Part shown: piece after piece, positions 48,098 to 56,942 of the stretch
How positions within the stretch are numbered: position 1 is the first letter of the stretch
Layout of the letters: each line of letters begins with the position of its first letter
Sequence record: MW250785
Length of the DNA: 64,000 nt
Strand: one strand, 5' to 3'
Source: Escherichia phage UPEC03
Made by a program: the position numbers and the translations under genes
Notes under the pieces: generated by a model
Told to the model about the DNA's origin: nothing
What the model saw: the letters and a program-made list of their open reading frames with translations, nothing else
The model's database searches: none

Positions 48098-48466
48098 TTA
48101 ATGACCGATCCGGTACTTGTATTTCAAAGTCCATTCAGCTTTTTGTGCGTGAGTCAGTACGCGGAAGTTGTTCTCTTCGGAGAATTTCAGATCCGGCGTA
48201 AGGATGGAAACCATACCCCACTCTTCCAGAAGTCGCGCAATGTTATTGCGGCGCAGTTCGTCATCTTCGGTCATGTCAACCTGGCGACCGTCCAGCTTCA
48301 ACAGTTCTTTGAAGTGTACGATAAAATAACGCCCTTGTTTCTGTAGGATGTGGCAAGACTGCCACAACATTTTCTTTTTGTTATTTGCGATCCCGATGCG
48401 GGTCAGCGTTTCGCGAATTTTCAGGAAACTGTCATCGCTGGACAGTTTAATTTCGAGCATGTTCAT
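48098..48466 (-). CDS. regA: translational repressor RegA
   Basis: 122 aa; ETLTRIGIANNKKKMLWQSCHILQKQGRYFIVHFKEL closely matches recalled T4 RegA. Confidence 0.88.
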   Translation of the reverse strand: MNMLEIKLSSDDSFLKIRETLTRIGIANNKKKMLWQSCHILQKQGRYFIVHFKELLKLDGRQVDMTEDDELRRNNIARLLEEWGMVSILTPDLKFSEENNFRVLTHAQKAEWTLKYKYRIGH

Positions 48467-48469
48467 ACA

Positions 48470-49057
48470 TCACCATTTCTTTATTAGTTGTTCAACCTTT
48501 TTCTGGTCGGTTTTATTTTTCACAACATCAGCCAACACAGATAAAGCAACTTTCATATTTTTCCGCTTCCACTCGTCCAGTTTTTCAAGCTGTTTGAGTT
48601 CTTCGTAATATTCCATTGCTATACATGTATTTACACCGTATCGTTTTTGGAGAACATGAAGGATAACTTTCATTTCGTTATCTTCGGTGAGTTTAGCCCA
48701 CGCCCCGAACCGCTTACCTTTGCGCACCGTATGCAGGTAATAATCAAAGTGCGCCTGGTCTGGTAAACCGGAACCGATCATATTCATCGTGTATGCAGGA
48801 ATCAGCGTTTCGATATGCTGGCTCATTGCATTGTCGATGAAAAACTTATCGTATGAATCAAGGGCAGAGATCCGTAATGGTGTCTTCCCGTTGTTCAGTT
48901 CTTCGAGCACCATAAACAAGGTGTTTTCCTTGTCTTTGGTGTACTCTTTCACAAGTTCTTCGATCTTGTCCCAGTCTTTAGAACGCCAGGCCGCTTCATG
49001 TTCGTTCAGTTCTTCTTCATCGAGAAAAGCAGCCAGTGACATTTTTAAGCCTCCCAC
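48470..49057 (-). CDS. 62: clamp loader small subunit
   Basis: 195 aa; position between regA and gene 44 as in T4. Confidence 0.75.
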   Translation of the reverse strand: MGGLKMSLAAFLDEEELNEHEAAWRSKDWDKIEELVKEYTKDKENTLFMVLEELNNGKTPLRISALDSYDKFFIDNAMSQHIETLIPAYTMNMIGSGLPDQAHFDYYLHTVRKGKRFGAWAKLTEDNEMKVILHVLQKRYGVNTCIAMEYYEELKQLEKLDEWKRKNMKVALSVLADVVKNKTDQKKVEQLIKKW

Positions 49058-50043
49058 GCGAGGGTAAGCATTAAGCCCATGAACAGGTATTGCAGGTGAA
49101 TCTCTTTGTTCACTGCCAGCCCGTACTGTGCGTTGTTTTCGCCTACTGCCTGAATGAGTGCAACCTTAGATTCGTTGGTGACGATCGGGTATACCGCATC
49201 CAGAAGTTTAGCCAGGAAAGTTTCATACTCAGGCGCGTACTTGATTGCTTCGGCTCGCAGTGCTTTGAAGTTCTTCGCTTTAAGCCCCTCAATTACTGGT
49301 GTGATATCCGAACCAACAATCTCAGACAGAATACCAGCATCAATTTTGCCGCGCTTAGAATAGAACCCAAGAGCTTTAACGATGGATCGCGCGTCTGGGT
49401 AGTGCTTCTTAACGAATCCGGCGATCACCTGCTGGTCATATTCGATTTTCTCGATTTCGAGGATACCGAAACAGCGTTTGATCATTTGCTTCATCAGTTC
49501 AACGCGTTCTTCCTTCGACGGGGAACCGAACTTGACTACCGGACAGCGGGAGATCAGCGCAGGGTGAATCCCGTTGATGTTGTTCGCGGTGATCATAACA
49601 GTAACGTTCTTGCTGTACGCTTCGATAAAGCTACGCATGTGCTTCTGTGCTTCTGCCATGCCTGGGCGATCGAATTCGTCAATCAGAATGATTTTACCGC
49701 CTTTCTTCTGCGTCATAGAGGACGCGTAACGATCCAGTTCGTTACGGATGAAGTTCACACCACAATCGGAACCGTTGACAAACATCACTTCCGCATCAAC
49801 TTCGTTAGCCAGAACCAGCGCCAGCGTTGTTTTACCCGTACCTGGGGAATCAGAAACCAGAGTCATGTTGTCGATTCGTCCAGACTTGATGAAGCCGCGC
49901 ATCGTCGCTTTATCAGCAGCAGGGAGAATGCATTCATCGATCGTCGTCGGGCGATAGCGCTGATCCCATGCGAATTCTTCGGGAGACTGGGAGATTTTGC
50001 CGTATTTGGTTTCGATTAACTGTACGTTTTCACTAAGTTCCAT
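49045..50043 (-). CDS. 44: clamp loader large subunit (AAA+)
   Basis: 332 aa; Walker A SPGTGKTT, Walker B IILIDEFD. Confidence 0.9.
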   Translation of the reverse strand: MELSENVQLIETKYGKISQSPEEFAWDQRYRPTTIDECILPAADKATMRGFIKSGRIDNMTLVSDSPGTGKTTLALVLANEVDAEVMFVNGSDCGVNFIRNELDRYASSMTQKKGGKIILIDEFDRPGMAEAQKHMRSFIEAYSKNVTVMITANNINGIHPALISRCPVVKFGSPSKEERVELMKQMIKRCFGILEIEKIEYDQQVIAGFVKKHYPDARSIVKALGFYSKRGKIDAGILSEIVGSDITPVIEGLKAKNFKALRAEAIKYAPEYETFLAKLLDAVYPIVTNESKVALIQAVGENNAQYGLAVNKEIHLQYLFMGLMLTLAWEA

Positions 50044-50068
50044 AATATTACCTTCAATTGATTATCAA

Positions 50069-50088
50069 AAAGGGGCTTAACGCCCCTT
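50069..50088 (-). promoter_or_regulatory. hairpin in the 45-44 intergenic region
   Basis: aaaggggcttaacgcccctt; possible attenuator or processing/regulatory site. Confidence 0.4.
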
Positions 50089-50107
50089 GTGTACTACTTT
50101 GTTTATC

Positions 50108-50779
50108 TTACTTGAACTGGCTGGTTGCTTCAAGTACCACTACATACGCAACGCCGTTTTCGGACGAGAATTTCGCAGCGCCGCGAGAAGAGATTTCAAC
50201 TTTGTAATCGCTGTTGATGAACTGCATGTTGTCAATCTTCATATCGAAGTTGAACATGTTATCACCTTCGTAATCGCCCACTTCCACAGAGAAGGTTGAC
50301 TGGCTTTCTTTACTTTTCGCGGTGATTACCAGCTTGCCGTTGATTGGCTCAACAGACAGGTCGGTCAGTTTCATCATGCGTGACGCTTTGATCAGTTTTT
50401 CGAAATCGTTCGCGCTAATCTGGAAAATCAGATCCGCAACTGGCATTTCCAGACGCTTCTTAGGCTGTACGATTGTGGTTGGATCGCTTGAACGCTCAAC
50501 GATTTTCATTTTCTCACCACGAATGACGATTTCGCCAGTGGACAGATCGTGAGTTACTTCGGCATCAGTGCCTACAACGTTCAGCATGTTCAGGAATGAG
50601 TTCAGATCGTAGATACCTACATCTTCGTCAATTACGTCAGAAATCGTTGCTTCTGCGTAAACTACGCTGTTGATGGATTTCGTCATAATGAACGAACCCT
50701 TTTTCAGCATTACAGACGGGTTGATCTGGGAGAAGTTTTTCAGGATGTCGATCGTTTGTTTAGAGAATTTCATATTCAA
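50108..50779 (-). CDS. 45: sliding clamp
   Basis: 223 aa (T4 gp45 is 228); position upstream of genes 44 and 62. Confidence 0.85.
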   Translation of the reverse strand: MNMKFSKQTIDILKNFSQINPSVMLKKGSFIMTKSINSVVYAEATISDVIDEDVGIYDLNSFLNMLNVVGTDAEVTHDLSTGEIVIRGEKMKIVERSSDPTTIVQPKKRLEMPVADLIFQISANDFEKLIKASRMMKLTDLSVEPINGKLVITAKSKESQSTFSVEVGDYEGDNMFNFDMKIDNMQFINSDYKVEISSRGAAKFSSENGVAYVVVLEATSQFK

Positions 50780-50793
50780 CCTATAGTTTTCAA

Positions 50794-51078
50794 TTAGGCA
50801 AAAGTGCCGTTAATCAGGGATTCTACAACGCGATCCGCCGCATTGTCAAGGAATTCTTTGCTTTTGGATTCTGTGATTTTCGTACCCGCTTCGCGAGCGT
50901 CGTGAATCAATCCGGTATGTACTGCGCTTACTGCTTCGTCGATCCGTTTGTAATGCTCAAAGCGTTCAGCTTGAGGCATCGCACGGAAAATCTCTTTGAT
51001 GTTTTCCGGCACTTTACCTACCCAGGATTTGCGAACGTTGTTCAGATGCGCTACATATACGTTTTGTTCTAAATTCAT
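50794..51078 (-). CDS. hypothetical protein (94 aa)
   Basis: ORF between gene 32 and gene 45. Confidence 0.45.
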   Translation of the reverse strand: MNLEQNVYVAHLNNVRKSWVGKVPENIKEIFRAMPQAERFEHYKRIDEAVSAVHTGLIHDAREAGTKITESKSKEFLDNAADRVVESLINGTFA

Positions 51079-51091
51079 ATCTACCTCAAAC

Positions 51092-51107
51092 TTTCAAATT
51101 GGGGGCT
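51092..51107 (-). terminator. hairpin after gene 32
   Basis: gggggctttcgccccc. Confidence 0.5.
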
Positions 51108-51123
51108 TTCGCCCCCGTAAGCA

Positions 51124-52104
51124 TTACAGATCCAGCAGTTTATCCAGGTCGTCATCACCGGAACCACCTTCCAGATCAAACGGAGGGGTATTATCATCTT
51201 CCGGTACGCTTCCGCCTACGTTCAGTTGACTTACGCCACCAGATTCTTTAGCACCTTTGGACTGGTTGCCATTATCGAAGTTTTTCAGTTCGTTGTCAAA
51301 TGAGTTCAGTTCTGAATCCAGATCCGCACCAGCGCTTGCGCCAGCACCCATTGCAGCACCACCGAATACTTTGGTGAACTTCGCGGTCAATTCCGCAGTC
51401 GGTTTGAACTGGTCTGGTGCAGTGATTGGACGCAGATCGCTCATACCTTCGAAGATTTCTTTCTGACGCGCTTCGTCTTCGATGCCTTTGATTGGGACAG
51501 GAACACCAAATTTGCTGTCGTCGTAGTTAGGCCAGTCGCCTACTTTCTTCGCGGTCAGGGTGAAGTTAGCGCCACCAAACGGACAGGTTACAGCAACACC
51601 TGGTTCATCCAGATCTGGGTTCCCCGCGATAGCCGCAGTGATTTTATCCATGATCTTTTTACCGAAGCGGAACTTAAACACCTTACCTTCGTTTTCTGGG
51701 TGCATTGGATCTTTAACCACCAGAATGTTCGCCCAGAACGATTGTTTACGTCCGATCATACCCAGTGTTTTTTCGGCTTCGCTGCCTTTCACTTTCGCTT
51801 TTTCGAACAGATCGTTTTCAGAGATATACTGACACACAGGGCAAGCATCGTAATCGCCGTGGGTAGACGGGCAGTTTTCGATGAACCACTGGTTATTCTT
51901 TTTGAATGAATGGTTGACGATACGCACGAACGCCAGTTCATCATCAGATCGGTTAGGCAGGAAGCGGATCACCGCAGAACCGTTTTTCTGTGCATCGACA
52001 CCGAGTTTCCACTCTTTTTCATCTTTCTGGAAGCCGGATGAACCTTTCAGAGCGGCGACTTGTTCTTGCAGTTTGGTTGGATCTTGACGTTTAAAGAATG
52101 ACAT
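51124..52104 (-). CDS. 32: single-stranded DNA-binding protein
   Basis: 326 aa; KEWKLGVDAQKNGSAVIRFLP, FWANILVVKDPMHPENEGKVFKFRFGKKI match recalled T4 gp32; acidic C-terminal tail. Confidence 0.92.
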   Translation of the reverse strand: MSFFKRQDPTKLQEQVAALKGSSGFQKDEKEWKLGVDAQKNGSAVIRFLPNRSDDELAFVRIVNHSFKKNNQWFIENCPSTHGDYDACPVCQYISENDLFEKAKVKGSEAEKTLGMIGRKQSFWANILVVKDPMHPENEGKVFKFRFGKKIMDKITAAIAGNPDLDEPGVAVTCPFGGANFTLTAKKVGDWPNYDDSKFGVPVPIKGIEDEARQKEIFEGMSDLRPITAPDQFKPTAELTAKFTKVFGGAAMGAGASAGADLDSELNSFDNELKNFDNGNQSKGAKESGGVSQLNVGGSVPEDDNTPPFDLEGGSGDDDLDKLLDL

Positions 52105-52107
52105 ATG

Positions 52108-52773
52108 TTATTTCTCGTTTAAGTTAATTAAAGTTTGTTTCATTAAGTTTCGGTATTTTACGATTTCTTCGTTACTGATTTCAACTAATTTTCTGTATGC
52201 GTTTAGTTTTTTACTAAATTCATTCCAGACGAAATCCGTTGCGATTTCATCGTGTTTATTTATGATGTCTAAAAACGAGTCGAGGATCAAGAATGATTCA
52301 TAAGAAATCACCCCAGACTGTACGAGTTTGCTGATATACGAGGTTGATGATTTGACGCTATACTGAAACACCGTTGAGAGGGGAATACCTTTCATGCGGG
52401 AAAATTCATACAGGTTTTTTACATCGTCCACGAAAATATTATCAATTCGCCTCAACTTGCCTATGTATTGACGATAAAACACGATCGTATCTTCGTCTAC
52501 ATCCCCGACCCAGAAGTCGGGGTTAGCTACCATGTTGGAGAGAAGTATAAGATATATTTCTTTAAATGTAAACCTTTCGGCTAACTTTTTGAAAAAATAC
52601 TTATCTCTTCTCTTTTCGAACGCTTTTTCAGTGATCTTTATTTCCCATTTGTACTTGATCGCGTCATACTTCCCAGCAAAGTGATTTTTCATCACCAGAT
52701 ACAGTTTGTATACCGCGATCGGTTTCAAACGGGAATTAGCGTCTGAACTGTCAAACGGGGTTTTAAATTTCAC
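52108..52773 (-). CDS. 59: helicase loader
   Basis: 221 aa; VYKLYLVMKNHFAGKYDAIKYKW, KRRDKYFF, LILDSFLDIINKHDE parallel recalled T4 gp59. Confidence 0.88.
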   Translation of the reverse strand: MKFKTPFDSSDANSRLKPIAVYKLYLVMKNHFAGKYDAIKYKWEIKITEKAFEKRRDKYFFKKLAERFTFKEIYLILLSNMVANPDFWVGDVDEDTIVFYRQYIGKLRRIDNIFVDDVKNLYEFSRMKGIPLSTVFQYSVKSSTSYISKLVQSGVISYESFLILDSFLDIINKHDEIATDFVWNEFSKKLNAYRKLVEISNEEIVKYRNLMKQTLINLNEK

Positions 52774-53021
52774 ATGAAATCATCCAGTGTTTGCGTCGTC
52801 GCGTGGTCTTTAGCCACAGAAGGACGCAGCAGATTGTTTTTAATGGCTTCGTCGCTAATCTTGTCGATGATCGCTTTCGGTACGGTTTTGGACAGCATAG
52901 CATAATCAATGCTGTTTTCGTCCATCCATTGTAACGTAGCTTCCATGTAGGTTGCCCCCTCAGAGGCAACCAGATTTTCGATATACAAGCCGACTTCGGT
53001 TTTGTTTCCGATTTCGCTCAT
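52770..53021 (-). CDS. 33: late transcription co-activator
   Basis: 83 aa; YMEATLQWMDENSI...EAIKNNLLRPSV parallels recalled T4 gp33. Confidence 0.75.
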   Translation of the reverse strand: MSEIGNKTEVGLYIENLVASEGATYMEATLQWMDENSIDYAMLSKTVPKAIIDKISDEAIKNNLLRPSVAKDHATTQTLDDFM

Positions 53022-53022
53022 A

Positions 53023-53286
53023 TTACGCCTTATCGATCACATCGTACAGTTCGATAAGTTCGTTGTTCTGTTCTTCGAACGCGGTACGTGCCTGTTCGTG
53101 ATACAGTTTGAACAGCTTGCCGAAGGTTTTACCGTCGATACCATAATCCGTTTTCGCTTTGGATTTGATGTCTTTGAAAGAACCCTGGAAATGTTCGATC
53201 TGAGTTTTAACGTTCGACGCTTCTTTGATCAGTTCTTTAACCGCTTTAGCGATGTCTGGGTTTTCTTGCAGTAATTCTACACTCAT
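53023..53286 (-). CDS. dsbA: DsbA-like double-stranded DNA-binding protein
   Basis: 87 aa; LIKEAS, GIDGKTFGKLFKLYH, ELYD parallel recalled T4 DsbA. Confidence 0.65.
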   Translation of the reverse strand: MSVELLQENPDIAKAVKELIKEASNVKTQIEHFQGSFKDIKSKAKTDYGIDGKTFGKLFKLYHEQARTAFEEQNNELIELYDVIDKA

Positions 53287-53295
53287 TTTGTTACC

Positions 53296-54231
53296 TCAAA
53301 AGTCACTTAGTTTTTCATACATACGGGTAAGTTTGCATTCCATGAAGTATTTCTCCATTTTTGCTTTGTTCCCGATTTTTGGAGCATTGTACGCTTCTTC
53401 GATTGCCGTTGCAACATCTTTCGGAATAAAATCAAAGTCGCGAAGTTCTTCGTTTTCTCTGTAGCGGATCGCCCACTCTTCGGGCATACCCACGGTCGGA
53501 TCGTCCGCTTCCAGCCAGGCTTCGAGTTCAGCAGCCCTGATTTGTGGGGCGCGTTCTCCTTCAACCTTCGTAACAATATAGTCATTTCGCATTTTAATGC
53601 AAGCGATACTATCTTTTTTATCGCCCTTGATGATCTTCATGCGCAAATCGTTACGAGGTGAACCATATTTCGGTGTAACCCATTTCTTTTGGGTTGGCGA
53701 CCACTGACGCACACCCTGATATTTTTGAAGGGCTGCAAAGTCACCATCAGCAGAAACGATCAGGACACGTTTACCTTAGGATACCGCTTTACGCGTCACC
53801 ACACCGATCACGTCATCGGCTTCTGCGAAGTCAACACGGATACCTTTGTACGGTAAATTAGCACGGATTTCATCGTATGTCGGGTGAAGGAAACCATTCA
53901 GGCGATCCCAGTCCCAATCCGATGCTTCTTGTTCCATTTTTCGTTTCTTTTTGTAGTACCAGGCTTTACTTCTGCGCCAATACTTGTTATCATCAAAGGC
54001 TAGAACAATTTCAGGGTACTCACCTTTGAATTTAACCACATTGTGACGAATGGTGTCAAGCACTATGTGACGAACAATTTGTTGGTTGATGTCATTCTGG
54101 TCTTTCGGCTTGAAGTTGTTCATCAACGTTGCTACCGAAAGGTTTGAAATATCTATACACATCACATCAACAGGATCATCGTCATTGCTCATTAAGCTGT
54201 TCAGGTTGAACATACTTGCAAATGAAGACAT
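53296..54231 (-). pseudogene. rnh: RNase H (5-prime-3-prime exonuclease) interrupted by an in-frame TAA
   Basis: N-part (53779-54231) and C-part (53296-53712) lie in the same frame and together align collinearly with T4 RNase H; TAA at 53776-53778 sits where T4 has E in FSLEGHK; start set at MSSFASMF with RBS. Confidence 0.8.
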
Positions 54232-54263
54232 TTCAATACCTCGTTGTTGTTGAATGAAACTGA

Positions 54264-54291
54264 TTATAGTGATCACTTTTTCAAAGTCAAT
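54264..54291 (-). promoter_or_regulatory. sigma70-type early promoter driving rnh
   Basis: On the minus strand: TTGACT, 16-nt spacer, TATAAT, about 30 nt upstream of the rnh RBS. Confidence 0.6.
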
Positions 54292-54308
54292 AGATCATTT
54301 CAAAAATC

Positions 54309-54450
54309 TGAGCGAAGCGAAGGACACGAACGTAGTGAGTGTCTATGTACTGAATGTACGTTTTAATATTTTTATATTTTATATATAGAGAAAACAGTAC
54401 ATTTCCGTATACTTTTTAACCAGTTTTAACTATCCGTTTCGCTTCGCTCA
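54309..54450. repeat. 13-bp perfect inverted repeat (tgagcgaagcgaa / ttcgcttcgctca) flanking a 116-bp AT-rich core
   Basis: Left arm 54309-54321, right arm 54438-54450; additional palindromes gtactgaatgtac and gaagcgcttc nearby. Confidence 0.8.
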
Positions 54451-54500
54451 CGGAAGCGCTTCGCGCTGATTTTATTAAATAATATAGATTGGAAGTAGGT

Positions 54501-54529
54501 TTGAAACACCTGATTCAATCGGCTATAAT
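54501..54529 (+). promoter_or_regulatory. sigma70-type early promoter driving gene 55
   Basis: TTGAAA, 17-nt spacer, TATAAT, 25 nt upstream of the gene 55 ATG. Confidence 0.6.
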
Positions 54530-54554
54530 GAATGTATTCAATTTGGAGAATATA

Positions 54555-55070
54555 ATGACTACAAAGATTTATGCAGATAATGATAAGCTGTATCCAGTTA
54601 TGTGTAAGTGGAAACAGCAAATCCGTGAAACTGGTGATCGTAAGATGCCGGATGAACTCGGTATTGCGATTATGAACATTGCTCACGGTTTGGCACGTCG
54701 ATACAACTTCAACCGTTATTCCGAAGACTGGAAAATGGATATGATCGATGATGGAATTTCGGCAACGATTTCCGGCCTTCATAACTTTGACGAAACCAAA
54801 TATACAAACGTCTACGGTTACATCAACAAGGCTTGCTGGCAAGCGTTTGTAACTCGTATTCTCTACGAGAAGAAAGAGAACGCGAAGAAATACAAATACT
54901 TCCTGGAACATGTCTATGACAGCGATGATACTGATATGACCACGATAGCCGATGAAACTTTCATTCAGGATATCCATGACAAACTTAATCAGTATGAAGA
55001 GTCCGCGAAAAAACCCAAAGATAAAATCGAGGTTGTGGACGAATCGCCAACATTGGAAATGTTTCTATGA
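54555..55070 (+). CDS. 55: late-transcription sigma factor
   Basis: Start set at MTTKIY with GGAGAA RBS; GIAIMNIAHGLARRYNF, GLHNFDETKYTN, ADETFIQDIHDKL..YEES match recalled T4 gp55. Confidence 0.9.
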   Translation: MTTKIYADNDKLYPVMCKWKQQIRETGDRKMPDELGIAIMNIAHGLARRYNFNRYSEDWKMDMIDDGISATISGLHNFDETKYTNVYGYINKACWQAFVTRILYEKKENAKKYKYFLEHVYDSDDTDMTTIADETFIQDIHDKLNQYEESAKKPKDKIEVVDESPTLEMFL

Positions 55071-55294
55071 AAATTAAAATTGACCTGAACAAAATTTTAG
55101 CAGATGCTAACGACGAAATTGATCTGCTTCCTTACCTTGTGAAATTAGAGTTGCAGAGCTTAGGGATTCCGATTATCATCGACCCTACAGATGTACGAGA
55201 TCCAGACTTCCAGATAACAGAAGGTCGTCTGGACTATGTAATAAACGCCGAAACAATGATCATGGAGATCACTTACTATGAACGTGCAGCATGA
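55067..55294 (+). CDS. hypothetical protein (75 aa)
   Basis: ORF coupled to gene 55. Confidence 0.45.
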   Translation: MKIKIDLNKILADANDEIDLLPYLVKLELQSLGIPIIIDPTDVRDPDFQITEGRLDYVINAETMIMEITYYERAA

Positions 55295-55622
55295 AGTAAT
55301 CGACGAAGTACACCAAAAATCAGCGCTGGATCTTCGTGAAGAAGAACTGGACTCCATCAAGGGTACACGCATTGAACAGGAAGCCCTACGCAAAGCGCAA
55401 AAGTTCATGCGGAAGAACAAAGCGGAATGGAAGCGACTGCATAAACACGCAGAGAACGCACTCTTCGAAGGTAACAAAGAGCAGTACGTATACGCGATCA
55501 AAAAGATGCGTGATATGCTCAAGCAACCATACAACGATGAACTGATTGAAACGATGTGGATCACTTCGAACCAACAGTTGAAAGACCTGTTCATCATGGC
55601 TTCTGAAAAATACGGCAAATAA
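55278..55622 (+). CDS. hypothetical protein (114 aa)
   Basis: ORF followed by terminator. Confidence 0.5.
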   Translation: MNVQHEVIDEVHQKSALDLREEELDSIKGTRIEQEALRKAQKFMRKNKAEWKRLHKHAENALFEGNKEQYVYAIKKMRDMLKQPYNDELIETMWITSNQQLKDLFIMASEKYGK

Positions 55623-55638
55623 ACCCCTTCGGGGGTTT
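55621..55638 (+). terminator. rho-independent terminator
   Basis: aaccccttcgggggtttt. Confidence 0.65.
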
Positions 55639-55648
55639 TGAGGTTTAT

Positions 55649-56668
55649 ATGAACTATGTTTTAATTGGGGATACCCATGCCGGACTTCGCCAGGATAACC
55701 CATGGAACGAAGAAAACCTGTATGCGGTATTCAAACAGATCGTAGAGTATTGCAAAGAACACGGGATCACGCGCGGCTTCCATGCTGGCGACTTCTTCGA
55801 CGTTCGAAAAGCAACCACACAAACGACAATGAATTTTGTTCGTGAAAAGCTGGTTCCTCTTCTGATTGAGGCGGGGATCACTCTGGATGTTCTTGTCGGC
55901 AACCACGATTGCCAATTTAAGGACAAAATACACCCCAACGCGCCACGCGAGATACTAAGTCAATACGAATGCTTTAATGTCATCGACGAACCGACCACGG
56001 TTGATTTAGGTGGCGGAAATTCGATTGACCTGATCCCGTGGATTTGTCAGGAAAACAGCCAGCGTATTTTTGACTACATCAAACAATCGAAAGCTAACTT
56101 TTGTTTGGGACACTTCGAACTGTCTGGTTACTATTTCTACAAGAACAGCAAAGCCGATCATGGGCTGGAACCTGATTTCTTGAAGAAGTACGATCGTGTT
56201 TACTCTGGACACTATCACCACGCTAACGAAGGTGACAACGTGTTTTACATCGGTACGCCTCTGACTATGAGCGCGAACGACGAAGACGAAACACGCGGTT
56301 TCTATGTGTTTACGGGCAAGCCTGAATTGACTTTCATCGCTAACCCTGTGTGCCACCATCGCCGGATCATGTATCCAGCACAGAAAGATGTTGATCTTGA
56401 ACAGTTCCGCAACTGCGCGGTGCGTCTGATTGTTAGTGAAATTGATCAGGGGCTTGCAAAGTTCCAAACCAAAATCGAAGAAATTGCCTATGAAATCAAC
56501 ATCATAGACAAAGTTAAAACAGATTCAGATGTCGATACCGACTTTGAAATCAAAACCGTTCGTGGGCTTATCACTGAGTATGTCGCCAACATGCAGATCA
56601 CCGACGATGAAAAAGAGGAAGTGAATAAGCTGATCAGCGAACTATACGCGGAGGTGTCAAGTGCATAG
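55649..56668 (+). CDS. 47: recombination endonuclease subunit (Mre11/SbcD-like)
   Basis: 339 aa (same as T4 gp47); phosphoesterase motifs GDTHAG, GDFFD, GNHD, GHYH. Confidence 0.9.
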   Translation: MNYVLIGDTHAGLRQDNPWNEENLYAVFKQIVEYCKEHGITRGFHAGDFFDVRKATTQTTMNFVREKLVPLLIEAGITLDVLVGNHDCQFKDKIHPNAPREILSQYECFNVIDEPTTVDLGGGNSIDLIPWICQENSQRIFDYIKQSKANFCLGHFELSGYYFYKNSKADHGLEPDFLKKYDRVYSGHYHHANEGDNVFYIGTPLTMSANDEDETRGFYVFTGKPELTFIANPVCHHRRIMYPAQKDVDLEQFRNCAVRLIVSEIDQGLAKFQTKIEEIAYEINIIDKVKTDSDVDTDFEIKTVRGLITEYVANMQITDDEKEEVNKLISELYAEVSSA

Positions 56669-56942
56669 CCGTTATGATGAATATTTCGGGGCGAACCCCC
56701 GATATTCTCACCTGTTGCGTATGTTGGGAATGAAACACATCATTTCCACATCCAACGAAGCAGGGGAAACCAGCGCAGTTTGTTTGACCATCATGAAGGG
56801 TGCATGGCATTCATCACGAACATGGTCAATATTCATGCTTGATACACTGGACGACGATACTCTATCATATAGTATTGATTCATCAGTTGTTCAAATGATC
56901 ACTGAATTATGTGAACGGATTTTAAATGAAACTAAAAACTAA
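56661..56942 (+). CDS. hypothetical protein (93 aa)
   Basis: ORF between gene 47 and the HNH gene. Confidence 0.4.
   Translation: MHSRYDEYFGANPRYSHLLRMLGMKHIISTSNEAGETSAVCLTIMKGAWHSSRTWSIFMLDTLDDDTLSYSIDSSVVQMITELCERILNETKN

Noticed and set aside
49090-50019. 309-aa plus-strand ORF
   Set aside because: Antisense to the gene 44 clamp loader, which has clear Walker motifs.
54274-54276. Upstream ATG (MITIISF...) as the rnh start
   Set aside because: The sigma70 -10 box (TATAAT) lies inside this extension, and homology to T4 RNase H begins further downstream; the start was moved to the ATG at 54229-54231, which has an RBS.
54300-54460. Possible tRNA or small RNA gene in the large intergenic gap
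   Set aside because: No cloverleaf features (no GTTC-type T-arm or acceptor stem pairing) were found; the region is better explained as a divergent promoter region with inverted repeats. A structured ncRNA cannot be fully excluded without folding.
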